Below are positions 26,761 to 39,930 of a DNA stretch of 64,000 nt, one piece after another (positions within the stretch are counted from its first letter, which is position 1; the number at the start of each line of letters is the position of its first letter). The notes under the pieces were generated by a model. The model was not told where the DNA came from. It did no database searches and saw nothing but the letters and a program-made list of their open reading frames with translations. The DNA comes from Lama glama. Taxonomy: Eukaryota. The translations under genes were made by a program, and so were the position numbers. Where the stretch lies: positions 89,964,001 through 90,028,000 of the forward strand of contig CM052817.1 in the NCBI GenBank assembly GCA_028534125.1, read 5' to 3'.

Positions 26761-27048
26761 CTTCTGTCTTCAAATTTTGCTAGTCTAAAAGCTCCACTGC
26801 ACAGCCCCAGGAAGTCCAGTGTATTACAACAGACGTCTTCCTAAATATTTTGAAAAGTCCACGATGCAGCTTTATTGTCCACAGGCTTCGCTAGTTTATG
26901 GCTTGGTTTTGCTGCCACTCCATTGAGACAGCTCAAGCCTGACCAGTCTGCCAAGACACTGCCTAGAAATGGCAGTTCTGCTGCTAGCTCGTTCGCCACC
27001 ACTGCAGGTGCTGTTGCAGTTGAAATTCCACTTCAGTATTTTTCTGTA
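26761..27048 (-). other. Candidate non-coding (5'UTR or first) exon; shorter form 26761-26840
   Basis: Donor AAG|gtaaca at 26761/26760; acceptor-like ttttctctcag (27049) and atatttag (26841); locally GC/CpG-richer unique sequence; long form closed in all frames. Confidence 0.4.
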
Positions 27049-28154
27049 CTGAGAGAAAAGTGTCATTATCCATGATAGGAGAAGGCAGAAGATCTCATAA
27101 TAAGGTTCTTGAAGGCTCAGAAATTTACAGTGCTGAGTTTTGCCTTCTCCATTATGGCCAACTTAGGCATCTTTCATAGCTTCAGCAAACACTCCTGATA
27201 GAGATTTTCCCGTAACAGCTCTATCTGGCCACCATCGTCAGATTTCTCATTGCCATTATTATTGCTGCCACTTTACATATAACAAGAGAGGCCCTAAAAT
27301 TACAACTGGGGATGCATCCTGTGCTAGAAATTTGTAGCATGGACTCTACTCCACTTTCTGTCTTCTTCTCATTGCTCTCCAGTGCATTCAAAGAATTCTT
27401 TATTAAATTTTGTCCAGTATTTATAATTACTACCCATGGGAGGTAGTCCAATGGAAGGAGTGCTGTCATTACCTGGAAGAAGTTCCCATACTGTATTTTG
27501 AATCTTACACTTTCATATACATTCAAAAGGTCCTGTCATATTCTAGCTTATTGTGGGAATATTCCTTTAGACCTACTACTTTTATACAGATCCATGATTT
27601 CCTTCCACATTTTTTTACGTGAAGTAGTCTCACTCTATTGTTTACGGTTTTCTGTTATTCTTTTCAATATGTCGTTACATCATCATTAATTTTCACACTA
27701 GCTGCATTCTTCCGCTATTAAGAGCAGTCCAAGATTTTTTTCCTGTCATAATTCTCTATACATAGAGCATAAAAATGGTATGCATACAAGGATATGGAAT
27801 GACTACTAAAACCACAATCCTAGTATATTTTAACACCATCTATTTCCAACTCTGTAAAATAACTGGCTTTATTTCATATCAAATCCTTTTGAAACATGAA
27901 TGATAAAAACAAATAAATACCAGAAATGCAGTCTTCATTTTTTGAGTTTCAACTTTCTCTTTAAAAAATTAAATGCTTTAGACTGTCTTTTATTTTATCC
28001 AGCTTAAAAATCCTGTAACTTTATGTTTCTGTTTTTCTACAAATTTTTCTATCCAACTTCAATGTCATGCTTTCTCTTTTCTTCTTTAGCTCGTTTACTC
28101 TATTAAAGTAGATCACACACAAAAAATGTATCATCTAATCACTGAATTTTGTGG

Positions 28155-28612
28155 GGTGTTTAAAGTTCCATTGTGCTGTCTGTCCTTGGTGTGCACCACT
28201 CAGCTCTCCCTTCAGAAGGACTATTGTTTCAGTAAGACTGACAGCCTCCAACTGGTACACCTTCAGATTCTCTAGGGAGCTCACACTGAGGCTATACTTT
28301 GTCCAGGCTGCTGACAAAGACTAAGGATGTCAAGGGTACTAAAGGTGGACCATTTCTACCCAATACGTCACTGCTTTAATGAGAAACCATTCTCAGGGTC
28401 TTTCTCAGAGCAGTTCTACAACAGGAGCTCTCCCTATCTCATCCACCTTCTTACCCTCTCTTCTTTCGTTGATGTCAGACCTGCAGCATGTTGTGAAGGC
28501 TCTTTCCATCACTCTTGAGATGTCCTCCTTTAACTCTAACAGCCATTTATCACAGTAAGTCTCATTTATGTCTAAACATATGTTGATGTCTTCTTCTTAG
28601 ATGGCATGACAG
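28155..28612 (+). mobile_element. ERVL solo LTR, LTR16C-like
   Basis: 'gatgtcagacctgcagcatgttgtgaaggctct', 'gactgacagcctccaactg' and a degenerate 3' end. Confidence 0.65.
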
Positions 28613-28782
28613 GCAGAGTCGGTACTGAGAGTAGTTCAGGAAAAGAAGCATAAAGATGGATTCGGGGACTGGCTCACTTGCTGTCTGGCTGGTAAGGAGA
28701 ACTCAATCATAAGAAAAGTAGGAAACAAAAATTGATGACCCAATTGCTTAACATTTTGCTGGTAGTGCGTTAGGGAAATTCC

Positions 28783-29282
28783 NNNNNNNNNNNNNNNNNN
28801 NNNNNNNNNNNNNNNNNNNNNNNNNNNNNNNNNNNNNNNNNNNNNNNNNNNNNNNNNNNNNNNNNNNNNNNNNNNNNNNNNNNNNNNNNNNNNNNNNNNN
28901 NNNNNNNNNNNNNNNNNNNNNNNNNNNNNNNNNNNNNNNNNNNNNNNNNNNNNNNNNNNNNNNNNNNNNNNNNNNNNNNNNNNNNNNNNNNNNNNNNNNN
29001 NNNNNNNNNNNNNNNNNNNNNNNNNNNNNNNNNNNNNNNNNNNNNNNNNNNNNNNNNNNNNNNNNNNNNNNNNNNNNNNNNNNNNNNNNNNNNNNNNNNN
29101 NNNNNNNNNNNNNNNNNNNNNNNNNNNNNNNNNNNNNNNNNNNNNNNNNNNNNNNNNNNNNNNNNNNNNNNNNNNNNNNNNNNNNNNNNNNNNNNNNNNN
29201 NNNNNNNNNNNNNNNNNNNNNNNNNNNNNNNNNNNNNNNNNNNNNNNNNNNNNNNNNNNNNNNNNNNNNNNNNNNNNNNNNN
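28783..29282. other. Assembly gap (exactly 500 N)
   Basis: Run of N. Confidence 1.
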
Positions 29283-29289
29283 TAATGCT

Positions 29290-29880
29290 GATCAACTATA
29301 TTAAGGAATCTACTAAGAAGGGAGTGGAAAGCCTATATGGTAGAAGGAACGGGAGCTACAAAGGAGTAGAGTGGGCACAAGAAATCTAAGTAATTCTGCT
29401 GTGGCTGGAGCGGGAAAAAAATGACAGCAAAAATTAAGCAAGAGGAGTGATTAAACATAGACCATGTAGAGTCTCTCAGGCAAGGTTAAGAATGTTGCCT
29501 TTGTGTTAAGAGTAATTGCAAGGCTTTGAACTACTTTGAGCAGCTGACAGATTTTGAAAGGCTTCTGTGACTACATAGTGGAGAGTGGGTTATAAGAGTA
29601 CAGATTAGGTATGGATAAGCCAGTGGGGGTCAGTTTTATACGTTATCCAAGTGAAATATAACAGCAACGCTAATCAGGGTGTTGAATCGCTCTTTAAGGG
29701 ATATAACAGAGAGTGGTGACAGATTAGGTAGAAAAGCTTTCAGTATCAGTGATTCCGTGGTTATACAGTTGTTTTTTAATTTTTTCTCTGTTATTCAGTG
29801 ACATAAACAAGTCTAGCTCTCTAAGGTTGAGAGTGGGTACCTTAGCTGGATTTTCTACAAATTGAGTTTGTTTAGCATCA
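29290..29880 (-). mobile_element. L2 fragment
   Basis: Purine-rich antisense L2 motifs 'gtggctggagcggg', 'tagaccatgtagagtct...ggcaaggttaagaa', 'ttttgaaaggcttctgtgactacatagtggag'. Confidence 0.65.
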
Positions 29881-29904
29881 GAGAAAGTTAACTGTTACCA
29901 AGAA

Positions 29905-30117
29905 CAGGGGTCAGAAAACTACAACCAAATCCAGACCACTGGCTGTTTTCATAAATGTAATGTATTGTAACACAGCATCACTCATTCATTTATACATCAT
30001 CTGTGGCTGCTTTTGCACAACGTTAAAGTTGAGTCATTGCAACAGATGTAATAATGGCCCACAAAGCAGGTATGATTTTCTACCTGACCCTTTACAGAAA
30101 AAGTTTACCAAACCCTG
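29905..30117 (+). mobile_element. MER58A (hAT-Charlie)
   Basis: TIRs caggggtcagaaaact...agtttaccaaaccctg; 'ccctttacagaaaaagttt'; imperfect 8-bp TSD accaagaa/ctctagaa. Confidence 0.88.
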
Positions 30118-31844
30118 CTCTAGAAGATGGAGATGGGTTTATTTTACTTTTATTTTCCTTGGTACACACCCTATTAATGTTTGTGGCCAAAAGGGTAAAT
30201 CTTCCTTCTAATCAGCCACATTAATTGGCTGGTTCGTTCATGTAAACATTAATTCTTAAATTTCCACTACTTGCAGGCGCTAGTAGTATTTGGGATCCTG
30301 CTCCTACTTTAAGGCAACTCACAGTTGCATCCAATCAGTATGAAAGTTCTACATGATGAGGCCCATCCCTTTACAAAGCAACTTTGCCCAAACAGTATTC
30401 CCCCAGAACAAAACAAACAAGCACATGAGCTCAAAATTTTTTATAACTTTTAATATTTTAGAAAATTCCTGTAGCATAGCAATTTTATTTATTTCCTTTA
30501 GTATCTTTTGTGTTTGAATAGTATCACTCTTTCTCTACCTTAGGAGATAAACTGAAGCATAAAATGTGCCCATGGTCACACAATGACAGAACCAGAATTC
30601 TAACCCTCATTGTGTGTTAAGAAGCTGTTGTCTTTAATCTATTTCATGTTCTAGAATGACCACTGTAGTAAAATTCTAAATAAAGTTTTAACTGCATATG
30701 AGCCTTGTAACCCTGTTGCTTCGTTCAGTCCAAACAATAATAATTAGAAAATATTTAAAAATCTACTACATTCAGTAGAGCAACAGCTATCTCATCTCTT
30801 AGAGATAAAGATTTTTTGAAGGCCTAAACCATTAAAACTGTTTTTGAATCTTCGATAGCAAAGACTGCTTTTTCTAAATTAAGATTTCCAAGTGATTATG
30901 GAATGAAAAAATCTGCTGAGTCATTTATTGATAAAACTATTTCACTATGGCTTCGTACGTAGGCAGAAGGGTGAACTAAATGACCTTTAATGTAGTGCCT
31001 TTCAGTAAACCTTTATGAGTGCCATGCTGCGTCCCTGGGGTGCAAATGTGTATCAAACACAGGGAAAAGAGATGTGTAAATAGTATGGTTTGGGATATTT
31101 TCAGCATCATCTTCTTGTATAAACAAAACATGTAATTACATATGATTACAAAAAAAATAGCCACTTATTCTAGAAACAACTGGAAGGAAATACACCAAAA
31201 TATTAATTTGGTGCATTTTTTTCTTATTGTCTAATTTCCTTGTCTTCTAAATGCATATTGGTGAAAATTCATTGCCATTTCAATAAAAATACACCTTATA
31301 TTAAAAAGCATAAAAATATTACTAGATATTTTCAAAGATTTGTGCAGATTAAGTTTAATCTTCATTGTATGTTTGTGATATTGTAGATCAATTTATAAAT
31401 TATAAAGAAAATACACTTTTAAGACTAGTAACTAAAGGCAAAAAATAAATGTTAGCAGAACCCAAATCTTCTGATTTTTATCCATAGATTCAATGATACT
31501 AACTCTCCTTTATAATATAGCATAATGTTATATACTTCATTTAACTGTAAACATATAATTATTAAATAATACTCACTAGCCTGTTAGTGACAAATGGCAT
31601 TGTTAAGCATATTAATGAGCATGAAAGTGTGTTCATGAAAAAGCATTGTTGTCCCTCATTTGTATCTTAACCTAGGGTATTAAATGATGTTAGAAAGAGC
31701 ACTCTCACAAAGAGGTTTAGAGTAAACTGGGTCTGTTTAATTTCTCTCTTGTTATTCCCCAACATTGTCTTAGCTTCTTCATCTTCAAAAATGAGGTTTA
31801 AATCTTTTTCCTTAATTACTAAGTATTAATTTGTATTTGTAACA

Positions 31845-32055
31845 ATAATAGCTAACTTTTGCAGAATGTTTCCTGTGAGACGGGCACCTTGCATCTATTA
31901 AAATTATCTATTTAAAGTGCGTCCTACTGGGATCTTTATTTACAGGTGAGAACATTGAGGACCAGAGCGATTCAATAACCAGGTCAAGGTCTTATTAATA
32001 GTAGGGGCAGAGCTGGGAATCACACCCATTCTCCTATTTGAGTCAAGCTCTAAAC
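31845..32055 (-). mobile_element. MIR SINE
   Basis: 'ataatagctaac', 'tttacaggtgagaacattgagg', 'ggcagagctgggaat'. Confidence 0.75.
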
Positions 32056-33844
32056 AACTGTGGATACATCCTCCTTTCCTAAGAGAAACTTGATTTGGCT
32101 TTTCATGTCAACTAATCTGCTAATACTAATACTTTGATTTCACTAACATCACCAGATTTTGATTAACTCCAGTTTTCTTTTATATCAAAAAATGTCTTTA
32201 GGCTTTCAGATGCAAGGAGATTCATACTTTCAGCCTATCTTTCGCTTTTGGTTACAAGTAATTCTCTTTGACTTAGCTACAAAGGAATCCCACAAATGAT
32301 TTTGTAGCAAATCTGTTATTTGTTTACTGCTAATTCAATATGAAACAAAGCAAAAAAGAAGGGAAGCTTTTTTTGTTTTTATTTTTTTGACTTATTAATC
32401 CTCACAAAGTACATCCTGCTAGCATACTGCAGGGTACTTTAAACCAGGTCATTTTGACTAACCATAAATACAGCACAAACTGGATGTCCCCTCAGGCCTT
32501 TGAACTGACTTGAAGCGAAGACTGTACCTAGGTCTTGGGTTTTATCTGTGCGAGCTCCTGGAGTAGAGCCAAATTCTCAGCAGAAACGCACATTTGCAGG
32601 AATAGGACCAGCTGCAGTAGCTTTGGAAACCGTGAGCACTGGTACTTTCTAAAAGCTGAAAAATGCAATCCCTGAACTTTAACTACTTGACTTCTCCAAA
32701 GACATGTCTTTGTCTAAACTGTTCGTTGCTGAGGGGTAGGATGGAAAAAAAATAGCTTTGGAGCTCAGCTGGTTTTACAATCCTAGTTTGCCATGTTGTG
32801 GCAAATCACTGAAGTTTTATCCTCAGTTTTGTCATACTGTAGTGGGGACTGTGTGTTCTTGGAACAGAGAAATACCAAGAGTTTTATCACTGTTATGTTG
32901 AGGCTGACCACTTAGCATTACCTGCAGCCTGAAGTGTGTCCTCCTAGATATTCATTTCTTTAATAAGGTTTAAAACTTCTTTATCCTTTTATAGCTTTCT
33001 TTCCAGCTTTCCGCCATAGCGTCTTTCTAGTGACTATATCATTTGGCACCATCGTTGTATGGAAGCCTCATCTTTTACAGCAAATAAAGCACTCAGATTT
33101 GTAAAGCATTCATGAAATAACTTTTCCAACTTATTTAGGCTGAAGTGTTATGGCCTCAAGCACCAAATTCCTTAAAAAAAAGACTTGAAAGATTTTGTAG
33201 TTAAATGCGGGGAAAGAATGTTTCCCAAGTCTCCTGAAAAGAAACACATATAAACAGTTCGATTAGGAAAGACAAAACAGATTTGCTCTTTTAAGTATGA
33301 CAGTGGAAAAAGGCATCTTGCCAGGCGGTGTCTTCTGAATCCAAGTACATTTATTGTTTTTTTCCCCCAAGATTAGCTTATCTTACTGAACTCTGCAACT
33401 ATATCCTGTTATGTCAATATGCTGCCCTGGTTTAATGGCATCATGGATGCATTCCTTTTCCTTAGGAAAGGAGGAGTAGGCTGAAGGGAGTGGTCCTTGC
33501 CCTGTGTCTGCAAACTCAGAGAGTACCATGTTCTGCTTCAGCGATGTGAACATCACTGTTAAGCATGCCTGCTTATAACTATAATACAAGTAAAAAATGA
33601 CAAAATACAAACTTTGGAAGAATACAAAGGAAATGAATTTGAAGTAAACTATAGAAAGGTGTCTGTTTTCTTTTTCTGGGTTCTGGGTTAAATCAGGTTA
33701 TGAAACATGCACTCCTGAGTATCCGGGTGGAAGCCTTTCAAATTAGTTTAATAGTTTACAATCACTTAATAACTTAAAATACTGAATGGCTGTTGATTAG
33801 AAACATTGGCTTCCAGCTGTACTGAGTGTTCTGGGGTTAACAGA

Positions 33845-34864
33845 ACTTTCTAGCATATACAAAAGATATTCACAACTGAAACTCTGGGACAGAGAAAAGA
33901 AGACCTTCAAAGTCTGATGAATGATATGCCAACCCAAGGCCCTTGTAACAGCAGACTAGCTCACACCCTGAGGGATAAATCAAGGCATTAATCGGTCTTG
34001 TCAGAAAAGCAGGTGTTTTGATGGCCTTTATAGTTCATTTTCATGCAAAAGGGTTGTGGGATACAGAAATCACAGGGGATTGCAAATAAATGGCACTGAC
34101 AGGATTGATCCCACTAGGTGAGGGGACCCAAATCAGCCTGTCTTTTCATATTATGAAATATACCTAATAGCAGTGCCTTCTTAAGCTCTAGTTCTACAAT
34201 AGCCTATTTGTGAGCTCAGGAGTTTTCTTCTCTTGTTTTTCTTGTCTTTTCTTTCTTTCTTTCTTTTTTTTTTTTTTTGATATGCCAAAAGCACTTCTTT
34301 TCTTTTCATAATAAACCATTCCAGCAGCCATAGCAGGTTTATAATGTTAAAGAACCATGGCACACATGACTTGACAAAAGGATTTTTGTTTTTTAAAGGT
34401 TTTAAGACAGGATATATAAACTGTGTAATCTGGCTCCAAGAAGACAAGGGAAGAGGAGGAGGAGGAGAGGCAAATCCTCAGTCTTACTCTTACTTCAAAA
34501 TTCAGTGAGAACAGAAATATTAGTAAGAAAAAAGAAGATCCAGGAACATAACTCTCAAGATTCTGGCTTATTAGAAATTGCCTATCTTAAAGTGTAGTTA
34601 AATTTGGAAAAATAATATAAAACTTAGAAAATTTCAAGCGAGTGTATGGTCACTGTGGCATGTTATAGAAAGGCAATCTTGATTTATTATTTTGGGATTT
34701 TGCTAGATTTGTTAAGTGAACAGTCATTGATACAGTAAAATATAAGTTGTAAAAATGGCTAAAATTACAGTTGCAAATTCTCTAGTAGATTTCATCAGTT
34801 TTCTTCTAGCATATACTTTCTAGCATATATGAAAGATATTCACAGCTGAAACTCTGGGACAGAG
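33845..34864. repeat. 50-bp dispersed direct repeat (33845-33894 and 34815-34864)
   Basis: 47 of 50 bases identical, spaced 970 bp apart. Confidence 0.95.
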
Positions 34865-34904
34865 TAGGGTAGTAGACTTTTGGATAAATCCAAAATGACA
34901 TGTC

Positions 34905-35130
34905 AATTAGTTAATAGGCAATTATTGAGTACTTATTATGTCCTGGAAATTATTCTAAGTACTTTATATGTGCAGTACTTATAAGTGTATGTGGCAAATA
35001 ACATTATTATCTCCATAAGGAAACATAAACACAGAGAAGATAAGTAATTTCTTCTAGGCTGGAATTTAAAAATAGTCTGACTTCTAGGCTGGAATTTAAA
35101 CATGAGCCCTGATGCTCATTCTTAACACTC
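34905..35130 (-). mobile_element. MIR SINE with an internal 20-bp duplication
   Basis: 'tattgagtacttattatgtcctgg'; cttctaggctggaatttaaa at 35051 and 35081. Confidence 0.75.
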
Positions 35131-36321
35131 TTCTGCCCCTAGAGAATAATACATTAGGTTCCCTGTTGTCAATACTAATATTAATATTTTAGATTATTAC
35201 ACTAAATATATAGGTCTTTTTTAATGCAGATTTATTTTATTAAAAAAAAAAAAGAACAAACTGAGATGTGAATTTCTTAGGCCAGAGTATGTTTTCCACA
35301 TGATTTTACATAGAACCTTTTGTTCATAATGTAGAATAACATCTTGCTGGGGAGTTCATACTACCTTTTCTAATAACAATTTGGAAGGTAATCTATAGTT
35401 TCCTCATTTTCCTGAGTCTTCTAGAACCTAGGGTTCAGAAACAGGGAATGGCCATAGGTAGCAAAGAAGCTGAAAGGTGGTCTGGAGAAAACATTACCTC
35501 AGCTTGCAATCTGATGTAAATATTGTCTAGTCTGTGTGTTATGAAACTGGCAAGAACTATCAGAATAAGACTTATACACAGACTTCTAGAACTATACATT
35601 TCTAAGGGAATGAAACTGGTCACATCATCTGGCAAGTACTTTAGTACCATGCAGACAATCTGCGTGAGGAATCTTCTCAAAGTCAGGAATTTGCTTGTTG
35701 AATACAGATTTCCAGAGCAGGAGTAAAGTTGCCTAACACAAATGTTCTGTGACATTAGGTTAAGAATACCCCACATGTCCATCATCATAAAAGGGGGATG
35801 AAATTCTTGAGTAAGAGTGATTTCTTTTTGTGTTTAGTGTTTCCTAACTGGTTCACCTTTCCTTACAATCTAAGATTAACCCCCTTTGATTGACACATTG
35901 CTTTTAGAGTTATAAATACTGCATATTCAATCATATAGCAATCACAACTTTCTGGCCTGGGTATACTTTTGTCTCCTTTGGAAAGAATTCTTAGCACAAA
36001 CATTCATAATTAGATCTTGAAGGCCCTCTGTTGAAATTACTAACTAAAATTAAATATTGAATTTGAGTATTACATTAAGAACTTAAGAATTTGTGCATTT
36101 TTCTGAGAAACATGATCTATAAATTGCATTATATTTTCAGAGAATAGATGTTTCAAAAAAGTAAGAAAACCTAATTTAGTAATTTTGTAAAATTCTGCTC
36201 TTACTTATTCTGTCTTGCTAGTGTATTATAACACCCATGAGGGCAAGCCATGATCCATTAAGAAGAGACTGCAGTTTTGTTAATATTGATTTTTTTAACT
36301 GATGAATAAAGAGATATAAGC

Positions 36322-36467
36322 TTTTCTTTTTACTGTGATAACACATAGATAACATTTTAATGTATTAATCATTTTTAAGTGTGCAGTTCAGTGACATTAG
36401 GTACATTCACATTGTTGTGCAACCATCACCACTATCTACCTCCAAAACTTTTCATCATCCTAAAAGA
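36322..36467 (-). mobile_element. L1MB/L1MA-like 3' terminus
   Basis: 'catttttaagtgtgcagttcagtgacattaggtacattcacattgttgtgcaaccatcaccac'. Confidence 0.85.
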
Positions 36468-38145
36468 TTTTTTTAAAAAAAGACACTGATAGCATTTCCA
36501 ATTTTAAATATGGGAAAAATGTGACTATGGTTTTAACAGAAATTAATCCTTTGATTGAAAAAGGTGAGAGTGTATTAATTTGAAAAGTAAGAGATTAACA
36601 TAAATCTTTAATTAACATTATTGAAAAAGTATTATCCTTCTTCTTTACTTTTAAAGTTTTAATATCCAATCTAATTGAATTATAGAATGGATTCTCATTT
36701 AAAAACAAAGAAAATTTTTTTCACTAATAACAATTATTGTAGAAAATGTAAAAATACGAATAAAAGTGGAAGGAAAGGAAAATACATAAGCTTTTCCATA
36801 CCATCTCAAATTGTGCTTTTAGGTGATGTTGTAAAATGAAAAAATATGTTCTGTATAAAAGTTGTATCTTAACCTCTCTGGTAACCTTATATTTTATGCC
36901 AAAAATTAAAATTTATATTCATATATGTATGTTAAATTAGTTTGAAGTACAGCATGGACACTTGGGTTGCTTTTTATCATTTATTTAACAAATATTTATT
37001 GAAACATATGATGTGTCCTTATGCTGTATGTATTGCAAAAAACATTTCCACTCTCTTTATTGTTTATAAAGCACACAAAATACACATAAAGAGAAGAGAT
37101 CAAACATTAGTTTACAATTTATGATAATGAATTGAAAGCAACCCTGAGGACTTTACGGCAGCATATTTACTTCTAAATATGATTTAGAATGCTTTCACAG
37201 GATTGCATATTGATACTTTCCACAATTAATGTTGGTGAAGAACAAAATTTGAAAACTGGCTCTTCTAGATCCTGTTCCAGAGATTAGCTTTTAAGATATA
37301 AGGCTGCATAAGGAAACAACCACGATGCTGCGACAGTCATTTTTACAGATAGGCTTTCTGCATTCACGCTGACTTCTTAACTTTGTTTTTATGTCAAAGC
37401 AAATTGATCAGGGCTGTGGGAAACACAGTTCCTAACCTACAAATAACCTCTGTCAATAATGCACCTAGGCAAATTCAACTATAGTTTGTTTAAGTGTAGA
37501 AGAGACATACATTGATTTTTCTTCTACATTTGAGCATCCAGAGAGTAATATACATGTATTAAGAATATTAATATGAGTGATGATGAGTTAAAAAACCTAA
37601 TGCATAACATCTATTCAGCTTGGCTTCTTAAACACATTTTTTTTAGCAACATTAATAGCCAATTTCAAACTAAAAATGTCATATATTCTTAGCAGAACAA
37701 TTTATTTTCGGATGGAAAGAGTGATCAAGAACAGGTTAGAAACATACTTACAAATGTTTGGCTTTCTTATGGGAAAATAAAAATCTTTTAATAAAAGCAC
37801 AATTTCTCTAGGAGTACTAAAGCTTCTTAAGTAGTTGATAGCAACCTTCATCCCCCCCCCACCAAATGCCTGCCTCACTACCTTTTACTGCTGACTTACT
37901 GAACCAAGAACAGTTTCAAGGCCGTGTTGTGGGCCAAACAAACCCTCCAATTTCTAGCTTTTAAACTGGGTCCAGTGATAGCCACAGATGGCAGTTTAAT
38001 CAGAAACATTTAGCAGATACAGCTACTAACCTGTGAAATTGAATGTTAACCATTGCCTGCCTTGAGTTTTAACTTGGGCAAGAAAACAGAGAACAAAGAG
38101 TAATATACCCTCTGTGCTGAAAGGAGGAACCCCCAGATCTACTAC

Positions 38146-38599
38146 TGTATCAAATTCCTGTGGTAGCTGTAACAAATCACCGCACACTTGGTGGCTTACA
38201 TCAACAAACACTTATTCTCCTACAGTTTTGGAAGCCAGAAGTCCTGAATCAATGTATGGGCAAGGCTGTGATCGCTTCCAAAGACTCAAGGGAGAAAATC
38301 CTGTCTTGCTTGTGTCTTTCAGCTTCTGGTGACTCCAAGCTTTTGTTAGCTTCCAGTGGCAGAGCTCCAGCCTCTGCCTCTGCCTCCACATGGCTTTCTT
38401 TTCTGTGCCTTCTGTTCTCTGTCTTATATAAGGACACTTGTCTTTGGATTTAGGACCCACCCAAGTAAGCCAAGGTGATCTCATGTCAAAATCCTTAACT
38501 TAATGACATCTGCGAAGACCCTTCAATAAGCTTACACAGAATTTCCAGGGGTTAGAACATAGCCATATCTTTTAACAGGGCCACAGTTCAACCCAAGCA
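38146..38599 (-). mobile_element. MaLR solo LTR, MLT1C-like
   Basis: TG...CA ends, 5-bp TSD actac/actat, 'gctgtaacaaatcaccgcacacttggtggctta', 'tataaggacacttgtctttggatttaggacccacc'. Confidence 0.9.
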
Positions 38600-38744
38600 A
38601 CTATTTTATCACTGCTTATGCTGCTGTATTGTACCACATAGAACTTTAATGATCATGCTACATTTTCTTTTGTGATGGCTACCTACCTGTCTTCTCCAGT
38701 ACAGTGGTGCACATGCAACTAAATTGTTTAATGAAAATAATACT

Positions 38745-38985
38745 AACTGTGTTAGTTAATAAATATGGGATTTCATTATGTGAAATGAAGTTGTTTTTTA
38801 ACTTATTTACTCTTAACACAACTCCAGAAAGTAGGTATCATTACACCAGTTTACAGACCAGTTCACAAAGACACAGAAATGTAAAGTGGTTAGTCGAATT
38901 TACACAGGTGAAATGTAAAGTGGTTAGTCGAATTACAGAGTTGGGGTTTGAATCCAAGCAAGCTGAGTTCAGGACCCTTGCTCTT
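38745..38985 (-). mobile_element. MIR SINE with an internal 25-bp duplication
   Basis: 'cagagttggggtttgaatccaagcaagctgagttcagg'; gaaatgtaaagtggttagtcgaatt at 38876 and 38910. Confidence 0.75.
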
Positions 38986-39371
38986 CGATTGACATCTGTA
39001 TTTTGCAGCCTTTCATATAACTTGAAGATTATCTGGAAAAAAAACTTATCCCTCTTTAAGAAAATTTCTTACTCATATTTCCAAAACCCATAAAAAGTTT
39101 GAGACCACAATAATTTTAACCTTGAGAGTTAATCAGTATATTTCAACTATGAATAATATTGAAAAATATTAGATTCAAGAGCGAGGAGAGTCAATTTATC
39201 ACAGATGGAGAAATAAAATTTTACAAAAGCAGAGTTAATAAAATTTACTGAGTGAATTAGGAATTCTAGAGAGAGAAGTCAGTCTCCCTCCTGACTTATG
39301 GTCCTATTTTCTTTCTCTTTATATGTGCTAAAATAAAACACGAAACAAATTTAAAATGAAGTTAAAGACAA

Positions 39372-39930
39372 TGTGGCAGATTTTTTGCTCCAAAGATGGC
39401 TTCACCAACATGTATCTCATTCCATATCCTCACCACTTTAACATGTCCTGTTAGGAGGTGGTGTCTGTTACCTTCCCAGAGCCTAAGTGAAACTTGTAAC
39501 TGTCTCAACCAACAAGGCAGAACCTACGCTGTGGGATTTTTGAGGCTAAGTCTTAAAGGCAATATAGTATCCATCAGCAGTCTTTCTCTCTCTTTCACCA
39601 TCTCTCTCAATACTTGCTCTTGTGATGCACATGCTACACTTTGAGGAAGCACCAGCCACATGTAGAGGCCATGTGTGATTGCTCACACTGGCAGCCCCTG
39701 CCAGGTCCTCAGCTGATAGCCCACATCAACTGTCAGACCTGTGAAGGAGTAAGATTTTAGATAATACCAGCCCTGAGTCTTTGAGTTTTCTTACTGTAGC
39801 CGCAGACAAATCATTCCTACTGTGTTCTAGTTCCTGAGCCACAGAACCATGAGAAGTAATAAAGGATTCTTGTTTTATAAAGCTACTGTATTTGGGGGTA
39901 ATTTTTTACACAGCAACTAGATAATTAACA
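39372..39930 (+). mobile_element. MaLR solo LTR, MLT1G/H-like
   Basis: Starts 'tgtggcagatt...ccaaagatggc'; ends 'cacagcaactagataattaaca'. Confidence 0.8.

Noticed and set aside
26875..27075. Ala/Ser-rich 66-aa plus-strand ORF
   Set aside because: Starts at TTG; better explained as the antisense of the GC-richer candidate exon
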